Source: Burkholderiales bacterium
Lineage (GTDB): Bacteria; Pseudomonadota; Gammaproteobacteria; Burkholderiales; SG8-39
Assembly (NCBI GenBank): GCA_038211455.1
Contig: JBBQVP010000003.1
Coordinates: 157-64,156 of the forward strand
Direction of reading: 5' to 3'
DNA: 64,000 nt
Shown in pieces: positions 45,920-55,621 of this stretch (its first letter is position 1; each line of letters begins with the position of its first letter). Made by a program: the position numbers and the translations under genes. The notes under the pieces were generated by a model. That model saw only the letters and a program-made list of their open reading frames with translations. It had not been told where the DNA came from and made no database searches.

Positions 45920-47817
45920 GTGCGCACGGGTTCAAAATCGACGGCCACAGCGTCGGCGGTGACCGCGTTTTTGTCATCGCGGAAATCGGCAACAACCACA
46001 ATGGTTCGACCGAGCTGGCCAGGAAACTCGTGGACGCCTCGATACTGGCCGGCGCGGATTGCGTCAAGTTCCAGTTGCGCAACCGCGGCGCGCTGTATCG
46101 CGTTCGCGCCAACGGTTCCGTCGCCGAGGATCTGGGCGTCGAGTACATCCAGGATCTGTTGAACAAAGTCGAGCTGACGCCGGCGCAGCACCGCGAAATC
46201 AGGGACTACTGCCGCGAGAAGGGGGTGACCTACATGTGCACGCCCTGGGATGAGCCCAGCGTCGACATACTGGCCACTTTTGACGTCCCCGCGATCAAGA
46301 TCGCGTCGGCGGATCTGTGCAATCCCTATCTGATCGCAAAGGCGGCGTCGCTCGGCAAGCCCCTGATCCTGTCGACGGGGATGTCCTACGAACATGAAAT
46401 CGTCCGCGCGATTGCGCAGCTCGACGAACTGAGGATCCCCTACGCCCTGCTTCACTGCAACAGCGCCTATCCAGCGCCCGAGGCCGATATTCAATTGCGC
46501 TACTTGACCCGCCTGGCCCGATTGCACGGCGTCATCGGCTATTCGGGCCACGAGCGCGGAACGGCGATTACGATCGCCGCCGTGGCGCTGGGCGCGAAGC
46601 TTATCGAGCGGCACATCACGCTCGACCGTCAGATGGAAGGGCCCGACCATCTGGCCAGCCTCGAGCCCGAGGAATTCCGCTTGATGACCGAAGGGATTCG
46701 CCAGGTGGAGAGCGCCCTGCCCTGGGCCGGGCCTGCTCGCCATGTCAGCCAGGGCGAATTGTTGAATCGCGAAAACCTTGCAAAGAGCGTGATCGCGGCA
46801 CGCGACATCGCAGTGGGCGAGACCTTCAGTGCGTCGTCGTTCAGGGTGGCCAGCCCGGGTCAGGGCCTGCCCCCATACAAGCTCCCCGAATTGATCGGCA
46901 GGCGGGCCGGGCGCCCCATCAGTCGCGGCGACTTCCTGTTCGAGAGCGATCTCGTGGCACCGACCGAGGTCGAGCGCAGCTTCGGCTTCCCGGTCAAATG
47001 GGGCGTGCCGGTCCGCTACCACGACTTCCGTCAGTATCACGAGTGGATCAATCCGGACCTGTTCGAATTCCACCTGTCCTATCGCGACCTCGGCATTGAT
47101 CCGAAACCGTATCTCGAACAGACGGACTGCTCGCGCCTGGTCGTGCATGCACCCGAGCTGTTCGAGCACAGCGAACTGCTCGACCTGGCCGCCGACGACA
47201 CGGCCTACCGCCGGCGCTCAATCGACAACCTCAAACGGGTCGTCGAGGCCACGCAGGTGCTCGGGGAGTTTTTCCACCGGGCCGACGCCCGGTTGATCGT
47301 CGCCAACGTGGGCGGGTTTTCCGCCGATGCTCCCCTGCCCCTGGATAAGCGCGAGGTGCTCTATGCGCGCTTCCAGGACGCGTGCGCCCAGATCGACTTT
47401 GCGGGAACCGAACTCATCCCGCAAAACATGGCGCCTTTCCCGTGGCACTTCGGGGGACAGCGCCACCAGAACATTTTCATGCTGCCCGATGAGCTGGCCG
47501 CAAAGTCTGTACAGTTGAAAATTCGGCTTTGCCTCGATCTTTCGCATCTGCAGATGACCTGCACGCACTTCGCCCTGGATTTCCAGGATGCGCTGGCCTT
47601 GTTGCTGCCACACGCCGCACATCTGCACGTGGCCGACGCAAAGGGCGTCAATGGCGAGGGCGTCGTAATGGGATCCGGCGATGTCGACTGGCCCGCGACC
47701 TGGCGCAAGATTTCGCGCTATCCCGACGTGAGCTTCATCCCCGAGGTATGGCAGGGCCACAAGGATCATGGGGCGGGATTCTGGTCAGCGCTGGAATTTC
47801 TCAAGAAGCTGCGCTGA
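45916..47817 (+). CDS. NeuB/PseI-family sugar-PEP condensing synthase with SAF domain, fused to a C-terminal xylose-isomerase-like TIM-barrel domain
   Basis: FVIAEIGNNHNGSTELARKLVDASILAGADCVKFQ (NeuB signature). SAF-like KSVIAARDIAVGETF. An extra ~280 aa has a TIM-barrel/AP-endonuclease-2-like pattern. The ATG overlaps the upstream stop (ATGA). Confidence 0.8.
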   Translation: MSAHGFKIDGHSVGGDRVFVIAEIGNNHNGSTELARKLVDASILAGADCVKFQLRNRGALYRVRANGSVAEDLGVEYIQDLLNKVELTPAQHREIRDYCREKGVTYMCTPWDEPSVDILATFDVPAIKIASADLCNPYLIAKAASLGKPLILSTGMSYEHEIVRAIAQLDELRIPYALLHCNSAYPAPEADIQLRYLTRLARLHGVIGYSGHERGTAITIAAVALGAKLIERHITLDRQMEGPDHLASLEPEEFRLMTEGIRQVESALPWAGPARHVSQGELLNRENLAKSVIAARDIAVGETFSASSFRVASPGQGLPPYKLPELIGRRAGRPISRGDFLFESDLVAPTEVERSFGFPVKWGVPVRYHDFRQYHEWINPDLFEFHLSYRDLGIDPKPYLEQTDCSRLVVHAPELFEHSELLDLAADDTAYRRRSIDNLKRVVEATQVLGEFFHRADARLIVANVGGFSADAPLPLDKREVLYARFQDACAQIDFAGTELIPQNMAPFPWHFGGQRHQNIFMLPDELAAKSVQLKIRLCLDLSHLQMTCTHFALDFQDALALLLPHAAHLHVADAKGVNGEGVVMGSGDVDWPATWRKISRYPDVSFIPEVWQGHKDHGAGFWSALEFLKKLR

Positions 47818-47862
47818 TCGACATGCACGTTTCCAAGGCACTTGATCGCGAAGGGACTCATC

Positions 47863-49053
47863 ATGCAAGCAATGGCGCTTGAACATCGCCTGGACAAACT
47901 GCTGTCAGAGAGTCTGGAGTCCGTACGCGCGCGCGAACTTCATGACCTGGACGAAAAAATTGGCGGCCTGGATGGCGATTTCATGCTCTTCGGGGCCGGC
48001 AACCTCGGGCGCAGGGTTCTGCGGACCCTGAAGCGGATCGGCATCGCTCCGATCGCATTCATCGACAATAACCCGGCGCTCTGGGGCACCGCGCTCGATG
48101 GCGTACCCATCCTGAGCCCGGCAGAGTCGGCATCGAGATTCGATCCCGGCGAGACCGGCGTGATCACCACGATCTGGTGCGGTGAAGCGACCGACAAGAT
48201 GTCCGACCGGATCGGGCCGCTCACCCAGCTGGGGTTCAGGAAGATTGCCTTGTTCGGTCATCTGGCCTGGAAATTTCCCGGCGAGTTCCTGCCCCATTAC
48301 AGCCTGGACAAGCCCTCGAAGGTGATCGGCCAGGGCGAAGAGATCAAAGCAGCCTTTGCGCTGTTGGCGGATGACGCATCGCGCGAATTATTCGTTAACC
48401 ATATCGAATGGCGCCTGAGCCTGAACTATGACTTGTTGCCGCCCCCTTCGAGCGAAGAGATCTACTTCGGCAAAGAATACGTAAGCAAGTCCGGCAGCGA
48501 AGTCCTTTACGACATCGGCGCCTATACGGGGGATTCGGTAGCAAGCTTCCTGGCGACCGATCGTGGGAAAGAGTTTTCACTGATACATTCCTTCGAGCCG
48601 TCGCCCGACAACTTCCTGACGCTGGAGCGATATATCGCCGCGCTCGGCGACCTGAAAAGCAAAGTGTACTGCCACAGACTTGCGCTCGGCGATTCGAAAG
48701 GGGTCATCCAGGTCGAAACGGCGCATGGACCCGCTGCGCGCGTCGGCCAGGGTAGCGAAGCGGTACAGATGACGACGATCGACGATCTCGGAAAATCGAT
48801 CGCGTCGCCGACCTTCATCAAAATCGATATTGAAGGCTTCGAGCCGCAGTGCCTGGAAGGTGCAAAGCGGACGATTTCAGAACAAGCGCCGGTGATCGCG
48901 GTCTGCGTTTATCACCTGCAGTCCCACCTCTGGGACATCCTGCTGCAGATCAACTCGTACCACACCGGCTACAGCTTTCGCCTCTGCCCGCATTTGGCGG
49001 ACGGCTGGGATCTGGTCCTGTATGCAGTGCCCAAAAATCGCCTCCCAGGCTAG
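47863..49053 (+). CDS. FkbM-family methyltransferase with N-terminal Rossmann-like (PglD_N-type) domain
   Basis: FMLFGAGNLGRRVLRTLKRIGIAPIAFIDNN, then FkbM motifs (YDIGAYTGDS; FIKIDIEGFEPQCLEGA). Confidence 0.8.
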   Translation: MQAMALEHRLDKLLSESLESVRARELHDLDEKIGGLDGDFMLFGAGNLGRRVLRTLKRIGIAPIAFIDNNPALWGTALDGVPILSPAESASRFDPGETGVITTIWCGEATDKMSDRIGPLTQLGFRKIALFGHLAWKFPGEFLPHYSLDKPSKVIGQGEEIKAAFALLADDASRELFVNHIEWRLSLNYDLLPPPSSEEIYFGKEYVSKSGSEVLYDIGAYTGDSVASFLATDRGKEFSLIHSFEPSPDNFLTLERYIAALGDLKSKVYCHRLALGDSKGVIQVETAHGPAARVGQGSEAVQMTTIDDLGKSIASPTFIKIDIEGFEPQCLEGAKRTISEQAPVIAVCVYHLQSHLWDILLQINSYHTGYSFRLCPHLADGWDLVLYAVPKNRLPG

Positions 49054-49083
49054 CCAACCTCTTTTCTCACCCAGACCAAAATC

Positions 49084-50886
49084 ATGCGCGTTGCTGATTT
49101 CGTATTCGAATACCTGGCTCAGCAGGACATCAGGCATGTCTTCTTTCTGCCCGGCGGCGGGGCGATGCATCTCAACGATGGCCTGCGCAAACAGACTTCG
49201 ATCACGCCGGTCAGCATGCTGCATGAGCAGGGCGCTTCTATAGCGGCTGAGGCCTACGCCCGCACGTCGGGAAACTTTGGCGTCTGCCTGGTGACCTCCG
49301 GACCGGGCGCCACGAACGCCATGACCGGTCTCGCTGGCGCCTGGTTCGAATCGACGCCCGTCATGTTCATTTCAGGACAAGCCAAGCGGGCGGATCTCAA
49401 GAAGGACAGCGGCGTAAGGCAACTGGGGCCCCAGGAACTGGACATTGTCCCGATCGTCGGCTCTTTGACGAAGTACGCGATTTCCCTGACGGAACCGCTG
49501 GATATCAAGCAGGAACTGGGGAAAGCGCTTTATCTAATGCGCCACGGCCGGCCTGGCCCGGTGTGGATCGAGATTCCCCTGGACGTGCAGGCGACCCAGA
49601 TCGATCCCGGCTCGCTGGCTGAATTCGATCCCGCCGAATTGGCCGCGGATGAGCAGTTCGACCAAGTCGATACGAATACGCTCGCAGGGCTGGTGCAATT
49701 GATCAAGTGCGCCAAGCGCCCTGTCCTGCTGGTCGGCAATGGCGTTCACTGCGCCCGTGCCGAAAGCAAACTACGTCAATTGATTGAGCGCCTCAACATT
49801 CCCACTTTGACCACCTGGATCGCCGCCGATCTGCTCGAATATTCGCATCCCCTTTTTTTTGGCCGGCCGGGAACGGCCGCGCCCCGAGGCGCGAACTTTA
49901 CGATTCAGAATGCGGATTTCCTGCTGGCGATCGGCACGCGTATGGATTTCGCCATTACGGGCTTCGACCGGACCCAGTTTGCAAGGGGCGCCAAGATCGC
50001 GGTGGTCGACATCGATGCGGCCGAAATCGAGAAGCTCGGCGATCTGCCTGACTTTCCGATCGTTTGCGACGCCAAGGTCTTCATCAAATCCCTGCTCAAG
50101 CAGCTCGGGCCGGAAGACAAGTTCGCCTATCGCGAGTGGATCGCTCAATGTTCGGTCTGGAAACAGAAGTATCCGGTGGTGTTGCCGGAGTACAGGGCAC
50201 AGAAGGGATTTGCCAATACCTATGTTTTCACCGAAACGCTCTGTGATGAGCTTGCCGAGAACGACATGATCATCCCCGGCAGCTCGGGTGCGGCGCTCGA
50301 TACTTTCTGGCTGTCGGCGAAATTGAAGAAAGGCCAAAGGACGGTGGCCACGGGGGGACTGGGCGCAATGGGGTATGGCTTGCCCGCTTCTATCGGCGGC
50401 TGCCTGGGGGGAGATAAGCGGCGCACGATCTCGGTAGACGGCGAGGGTGGGTTCGTCATGAACATCCAGGAACTCGAGGTCGTGCGGCGCCTCAACCTGC
50501 CGATCAAGTTCTTCGTCCTGAACAACAATGGCTATGCTTCGATCCGCGCATCGCAAAGCGGCTACTTCAAGCAGACCCTCGGCTGCGATCCGGGCTCCGG
50601 ATTGACGCTGCCCGAGATCCTCCCGTTGGCAGCCGCTTTCGGCATCAAGACCCTGCGCATCCAGGATCAGTCGGAGCTGCGCAAAGTCATCCGGCAGGTG
50701 CTCGATACGGACGGACCGATCGTATGCGAGGTGATGGTGCAGCCGGATCAGGCGATAGGTCCACGCACGTCGTCGAAAATCAGGAACGATGGCAGCATGG
50801 TCTCGAGCCCGCTTGAAGACCTGTTCCCATTCCTCGAGCGCGCGGAGCTCAAGGCCAATATGTCGATTCCGCTGATCGAAGAATAG
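49084..50886 (+). CDS. Thiamine-diphosphate-dependent enzyme (acetolactate-synthase large-subunit-like; YerE/IolD-like)
   Basis: The N-terminal Pyr domain reads FVFEYLAQQDIRHVFFLPGGGAMHL, and GPGATNAMTGLAGAW follows. The C-terminal PP motif reads GLGAMGYGLPASIGG...DGEGGFVMNIQELE...LNNNGYASI. Confidence 0.85.
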   Translation: MRVADFVFEYLAQQDIRHVFFLPGGGAMHLNDGLRKQTSITPVSMLHEQGASIAAEAYARTSGNFGVCLVTSGPGATNAMTGLAGAWFESTPVMFISGQAKRADLKKDSGVRQLGPQELDIVPIVGSLTKYAISLTEPLDIKQELGKALYLMRHGRPGPVWIEIPLDVQATQIDPGSLAEFDPAELAADEQFDQVDTNTLAGLVQLIKCAKRPVLLVGNGVHCARAESKLRQLIERLNIPTLTTWIAADLLEYSHPLFFGRPGTAAPRGANFTIQNADFLLAIGTRMDFAITGFDRTQFARGAKIAVVDIDAAEIEKLGDLPDFPIVCDAKVFIKSLLKQLGPEDKFAYREWIAQCSVWKQKYPVVLPEYRAQKGFANTYVFTETLCDELAENDMIIPGSSGAALDTFWLSAKLKKGQRTVATGGLGAMGYGLPASIGGCLGGDKRRTISVDGEGGFVMNIQELEVVRRLNLPIKFFVLNNNGYASIRASQSGYFKQTLGCDPGSGLTLPEILPLAAAFGIKTLRIQDQSELRKVIRQVLDTDGPIVCEVMVQPDQAIGPRTSSKIRNDGSMVSSPLEDLFPFLERAELKANMSIPLIEE

Positions 50887-50888
50887 CA

Positions 50889-51752
50889 ATGCCTGCAGAC
50901 TATCTGGAGTCCTGTGCCGAGGCGGGCCTGTATACGATGCAAGGACGGCTTTCCCCACCGGAGGACGGGCGTTTCCAATCCTTCCCGCGTACGCACTGGG
51001 AACGGGAAATTCAGCTGGCGCCGCAGGTTCCCTTGAGGGGAATCGAATGGATCTACGACCTGTATGGCGAGGGTGCGAATCCCCTCGAAACGCCACAGGG
51101 TCGGGCGGATCTTGCCGCCAAGCTCAAACAGGCCGGCATTGGCGTTAAATCGATCTGCGCCGACTACTTTATGGATTGCCCGTTCGTGCGTATCAGCCGG
51201 CAGCTGCTGGAAGAGCGGGTCGCCCGGCTCGACTGGCTGATTTCCGTTTGCCCGGAACTTCACATCGGCAGAATCGTGCTGCCCTTTGTGGATGCGTCGA
51301 AGATATCCGGCAGCAAGGATACCGGGGATGTCTTGTACGTTCTCAACCGGGTCCTGGCCCAAGCCGGCGAATGGGGGGTAGAACTGCATCTTGAAACCGA
51401 CCTGAACCCCGCCGGTTTCAAGGCGCTCCTGGATGAAATCAAGCATCCCCTGGTCAAAGTGAACTATGACTCCGGAAACAGCGGCGCGCTGGGTTATTCG
51501 CCGGCCGAGGAATTCGCCGCATACGGCGAGCGCATTGGCAGCTTTCACATCAAGGACCGTGTACTTGGCGGCAGCACCGTGCCCCTTGGGAGCGGCAATG
51601 TCAATTTTCAGGGTTTGAGACATGCCTTGATCAATGTTGATTACCGGGGCGATTTCGTCATGCAGGCCGCGCGCGGCACGCCAGGAGAGGAATTACACTG
51701 GCTGAAGCAAGCCGACGCTTTCGCCAGGAGCTGGCTGCGCGGTGACTCATAA
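50889..51752 (+). CDS. Sugar-phosphate isomerase/epimerase (xylose-isomerase-like TIM barrel)
   Basis: Pattern HLETDLNP...VKVNYDSGNSGALGY...HIKD is typical of the AP_endonuc_2/IolE-type fold. Lies 2 nt after the upstream stop. Confidence 0.65.
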   Translation: MPADYLESCAEAGLYTMQGRLSPPEDGRFQSFPRTHWEREIQLAPQVPLRGIEWIYDLYGEGANPLETPQGRADLAAKLKQAGIGVKSICADYFMDCPFVRISRQLLEERVARLDWLISVCPELHIGRIVLPFVDASKISGSKDTGDVLYVLNRVLAQAGEWGVELHLETDLNPAGFKALLDEIKHPLVKVNYDSGNSGALGYSPAEEFAAYGERIGSFHIKDRVLGGSTVPLGSGNVNFQGLRHALINVDYRGDFVMQAARGTPGEELHWLKQADAFARSWLRGDS

Positions 51753-51800
51753 GCCTCGGGCGTTCTTACGCGCATCGTCGGTCAAGCAAATGGAGGTCCA

Positions 51801-52847
51801 GTGCGTATTCTGTTCTGTGGACTAGGCGGCATCGGGCAGCGGCACTTGCGCAACCTGCGGTCGCTCCTGGGCGATCGGCTGGAAGTACATGCGTACCGGG
51901 TGCGGCGAAATCGTCAAAAGCTGCTCGACAATTTGAGCATTGATCCGGGAGCCGATCTGGAGTCCGACTATCAGATTACGGTGCACTCGGAACTGGACAA
52001 GGCACTGGCGGTCAGGCCGGACGCGGTATTCATCTGCAACCCAAGCAGTCTGCATACGCCCATCGCGCTGGCGGCCGCGCAGGCCGGGGCGCACATCTTC
52101 GTCGAAAAGCCCGCGTCCAATTCGATGGCCGGGCTCGACCAACTGCTTACGGTCGTGCGGGCGGGAAAGCTCGTTTGCTACGTAGGCTACAACTTCCGCT
52201 TTCATCCCGGCTTGATCCGCATAAAGTCGCTGATCGATAGCAAGTTCTTCGGCAATGTCCTGAGCGTTCGGGCTGAAATCGGCGAGTATTTGCCAAACTG
52301 GCATAAGTACGAAGACTACCGGCAGATGTACGCGGCGCGCGAGGCACTTGGCGGCGGCGTGATTCTTTCGCAGATCCACGAAATGGATCTGATCTACTGG
52401 TTTTTCGGCTTGCCAAAATCAATCGTGTGCCGCGGCGGAAAATTGAGCAAACTGGAGATCGACGTCGAGGACACCGCATCATCCCTGATGCAATACGAGG
52501 GCCCCCATGGCCGGTTCCCGATTACGCTGCAGCAGGATTTTCTACAGCGGCCGCCAGTCAGAACCTTCAAGGTGGTCGGTGATGCAGGCATCGCCGAAAT
52601 TGATTTGATGCAGAACAGCCTGAAGATCTATGGCGAGCAAGGTGAAAAGCTGGAAGATCTGGACTACCCTGATTTCAAGCGAAACGACATGTTCTTGCAG
52701 CAAACACAGCATTTCCTTGATTGCATTGCGGGCAAGTCCGCGCCGATCGTCGATCTGCACGCCGGGATGCAGAGCTTGCGCTTGGCGCTCGCCGCAAAGC
52801 ATTCCTTGGCGAACAGCGTCGAGATCAAGCTCGCGGATGAGGTCTGA
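51801..52847 (+). CDS. Gfo/Idh/MocA-family NAD(P)-dependent oxidoreductase
   Basis: The GTG start gives MRILFCGLGGIGQRHLRNL (Rossmann). EKP motif (FVEKPAS). About 348 aa. Confidence 0.85.
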   Translation: MRILFCGLGGIGQRHLRNLRSLLGDRLEVHAYRVRRNRQKLLDNLSIDPGADLESDYQITVHSELDKALAVRPDAVFICNPSSLHTPIALAAAQAGAHIFVEKPASNSMAGLDQLLTVVRAGKLVCYVGYNFRFHPGLIRIKSLIDSKFFGNVLSVRAEIGEYLPNWHKYEDYRQMYAAREALGGGVILSQIHEMDLIYWFFGLPKSIVCRGGKLSKLEIDVEDTASSLMQYEGPHGRFPITLQQDFLQRPPVRTFKVVGDAGIAEIDLMQNSLKIYGEQGEKLEDLDYPDFKRNDMFLQQTQHFLDCIAGKSAPIVDLHAGMQSLRLALAAKHSLANSVEIKLADEV

Positions 52848-52849
52848 AA

Positions 52850-53692
52850 ATGAAGACCCGCAGCACGACGCTCGACCTGTTCAGCCTCGAAGGCAAGGTG
52901 GCTATCATCACCGGTGGGGGCGGCATGCTGGGTTATCAGCATGCCGCCGCGATCGCTGATCTCGGTGGCCATCCTGTCCTCCTTGATATCGACGAACGCG
53001 CGCTGCAAGCCAGCGCGCAGCGCCTGAAGGCGGAATTTGGCGTTGATGCGCTGATCTTGAACGTGGACATCACCGATCTGAATTCGGTACTCAAATCGAA
53101 GGCCAAGGTTCTCGAACGGCACGATCGCATCGATATACTGATCAATAACGCCGCGCGCAATCCGAAGGTCGAGAACAACGCAGATACGGATTTTTCACGC
53201 CTGGAGAACTTTCCGTCGGATCAGTGGCGCAAGGACCTTGACGTCGGGCTCGGCGGCGCGTTCAACTGCTGCAAGGTTTACGGCGCGCACATGGCAAATG
53301 CCGGGCACGGGGGTGTCATCGTGAATATCGCCTCGGACCTGGGCGTGATCGCCCCGGATCAGCGGCTCTACAGGATCGCGGGGCGGCCGGAGCATTTGCA
53401 GCCCGTCAAACCGGTTACGTATTCGGTGGTCAAGCACGGGATCATCGGTCTTACGAAATACCTGGCAACTTACTGGTGTGACCGGGGAATTCGCTGCAAT
53501 GCCCTGTCGCCCGGCGGCGTGTCTGCCGGCCAGGACGATCTCTTCGTGAGCAACCTCGCCAAGCTGATTCCGGTTGGCCGGATGGCAAAGCCTGACGAGT
53601 ATCGTGGCGCGATCGCGTTTCTGTGCTCCGATGCTTCGAGCTATCTCAACGGGGCCAACCTGATCGTCGATGGAGGGCGCAGTGTCTGGTAA
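52850..53692 (+). CDS. Short-chain dehydrogenase/reductase (classical SDR)
   Basis: KVAIITGGGGMLG, NNAA and YSVVKHG (YxxxK) motifs. Confidence 0.85.
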   Translation: MKTRSTTLDLFSLEGKVAIITGGGGMLGYQHAAAIADLGGHPVLLDIDERALQASAQRLKAEFGVDALILNVDITDLNSVLKSKAKVLERHDRIDILINNAARNPKVENNADTDFSRLENFPSDQWRKDLDVGLGGAFNCCKVYGAHMANAGHGGVIVNIASDLGVIAPDQRLYRIAGRPEHLQPVKPVTYSVVKHGIIGLTKYLATYWCDRGIRCNALSPGGVSAGQDDLFVSNLAKLIPVGRMAKPDEYRGAIAFLCSDASSYLNGANLIVDGGRSVW

Positions 53693-54593
53693 TTCGCAGA
53701 CTTCGGGGCAATGCGCCGAGAGAATCGCATCGCGCTGCATCTGCTGCCGCAGCGACGACTTGAAGACCTCACCGGCGGTACTGATGCCCTTTATTGCAAA
53801 GAGGACGTTCGGTTGGGAGCCGGTCGAGATCACTGAAGACTGGGGGTTGCGCGACCTGAAGCCTGGAATGGCATACCCCCTGTGCAATTCGGTGCAATGC
53901 GCCAGTTGCGGCGCGCTTTTTCTCGACATCAGGTTCAGCGACGCGGAAATGGCGTCGCTCTATACCGGCTACAGAGGCGCGCAATACACCGCGATGAGAG
54001 AATATTTCGAGCCTGGATACGCGGAGCGCAACGAAATTATCCTTGGGGGTGCGACACATATCCCGCAAGTCGAAAAGTTCCTTTCCGAACACGTCACTAC
54101 GCCGTTGGCTATTCTCGACTGGGGAGGTGACACGGGCCTGAATACACCGTTCAGGTCCCGGAGCAGTCTCTTTCATATCTACGAAATTTCAGACATCCCG
54201 GCAATTGATGGGGCATTTCGGGTCGAGAAAAGCACCATCGAACGCACAAAGTACGATTTGATCGTGTTGGCGCATGTGCTCGAGCACGTGCCGGACCCGG
54301 CAAAGATAATGGAGGAGATTCGTTCGATAATGACAGGCGATACCGTGCTTTATATCGAATTGCCTTACGAAGACCTGATCAGGCTCAACCCGGGTTCAAG
54401 GACGCTTCACACGAAAAAGAAGCACTGGCACGAGCACATCAATTTTTTCACGCGCGAATCTTTGACCGCATTGCTGGAGCGCTGTGGCATGCGCGCGATC
54501 GGTATGCAGTCTCTTCAGACGACAGACGAGATGACGGGTGATATCAAGCAATGGCAGGTGCTCGCGATCGCCTGCAAACTGGATCAGTCTTGA
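53670..54593 (+). CDS. Class I SAM-dependent methyltransferase with N-terminal Cys4 zinc-ribbon-like motif
   Basis: CICC...CASC pairs. Motif I ILDWGGDTG. DLIVLAHVLEHVPDP. Overlaps the upstream gene by 23 nt. Confidence 0.75.
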   Translation: MEGAVSGNSQTSGQCAERIASRCICCRSDDLKTSPAVLMPFIAKRTFGWEPVEITEDWGLRDLKPGMAYPLCNSVQCASCGALFLDIRFSDAEMASLYTGYRGAQYTAMREYFEPGYAERNEIILGGATHIPQVEKFLSEHVTTPLAILDWGGDTGLNTPFRSRSSLFHIYEISDIPAIDGAFRVEKSTIERTKYDLIVLAHVLEHVPDPAKIMEEIRSIMTGDTVLYIELPYEDLIRLNPGSRTLHTKKKHWHEHINFFTRESLTALLERCGMRAIGMQSLQTTDEMTGDIKQWQVLAIACKLDQS

Positions 54594-54626
54594 GTTGGAA
54601 TCTTCGTTCGGCGGAACGCCAGGAAT

Positions 54627-54656
54627 TTCCGGCGCCGTCCGAGTCGCCGGAATTTT
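54627..54656 (+). terminator. Rho-independent terminator candidate ending the sugar operon
   Basis: TTCCGGCG-(10 nt)-CGCCGGAA followed by TTTT, 34 nt after the stop at 54593. Confidence 0.5.
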
Positions 54657-54685
54657 AGGCCTAGGATGCGGGGATTAAATCTGAA

Positions 54686-55621
54686 ATGACTTTCTTAAGC
54701 GTAGTTTCCGGCTGTTTCAACGAAGCAGGCAACGTGACCGAACTCTACGAGAGGGTCTGTCGCACGTTCGCGGAGAGCCTGCCGGGTTATGAGTTCGAGC
54801 TGATCTTCATCGACAACGCGTCGACGGACAAGACCGTCGAAATCCTCAAAGGTCTCGCCGCCAAAGACAAGCGGGTGAAGATCATAGTCAATAATCGCAA
54901 TTTCGGCCCCATCCGCTCCGGCTATCACGCCATCCTGCAGGCGAAAGGCGCTGCCGTCGTGGCCTTGTCCTCGGACCTGCAGGACCCGCCGGAGCTGATC
55001 CCGCAGTTCGTTCGAAAATGGGAGGAAGGATTCAAGATCGTCCTTGCGCAAAAGACGAACAGCGAGGAAGCGTGGCTGATGCATCTGGTGCGCGAGGCCT
55101 ATTACAGTACGATCTCCCGCTTATCTGACATTGAGCTCGTTAGGAACGTTACTGGATTTGGGCTTTTTGACAGGCGCGTCATGGAGGACATCCGGAAAAT
55201 CAATGACCCGTACCCCTACCTTCGCGGCTTGCTTTGTGACCTCGGATACGAACGGGCTTTGATTCCGTTTACCCAGCCGGCGAGAAAGCACGGAAGCACG
55301 AAGTTGAATTTCTACGTCCTCTGGGACGTGGCCATGCTCGGCATCACGAACCACTCCAAGGTCCCGCTGCGCCTGGCCACCTTCGCTGGATTCGGCGTCG
55401 GGGCGCTGAGCTTCGTGATCGCGTTTGTCTATCTTGTCTACAAACTTATGTTCTGGATGGACTTTCAGGTCGGGACGGCGCCCCTTGTGATTGGGATGTT
55501 TTTTATCGGTGCCGTTCAGCTAATTTTCATTGGACTGCTTGGCGAGTACATCGGCTCCATTCATACGCAAGTGCTCCGCCGGCCGCCGGTAATCGAGAAG
55601 GAAAGAATCAACTTTGACTGA
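54686..55621 (+). CDS. GT2 polyprenyl-phosphate glycosyltransferase (GtrB/ArnC/DPM1-like)
   Basis: LSVVSGCFNEAGNV, IFIDNASTDKT and SSDLQDPPE motifs, with two C-terminal TM helices. Confidence 0.85.
   Translation: MTFLSVVSGCFNEAGNVTELYERVCRTFAESLPGYEFELIFIDNASTDKTVEILKGLAAKDKRVKIIVNNRNFGPIRSGYHAILQAKGAAVVALSSDLQDPPELIPQFVRKWEEGFKIVLAQKTNSEEAWLMHLVREAYYSTISRLSDIELVRNVTGFGLFDRRVMEDIRKINDPYPYLRGLLCDLGYERALIPFTQPARKHGSTKLNFYVLWDVAMLGITNHSKVPLRLATFAGFGVGALSFVIAFVYLVYKLMFWMDFQVGTAPLVIGMFFIGAVQLIFIGLLGEYIGSIHTQVLRRPPVIEKERINFD

Noticed and set aside
49084-52847. Annotating the ThDP enzyme / TIM barrel / Gfo-Idh-MocA trio as an iolD-iolE-iolG inositol catabolic operon
   Set aside because: No iolB, iolC, iolJ or iolA, and no inositol transporter, is present. 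The genes are translationally packed inside a nucleotide-sugar and methyltransferase operon. The resemblance is noted only as a mechanistic hint.
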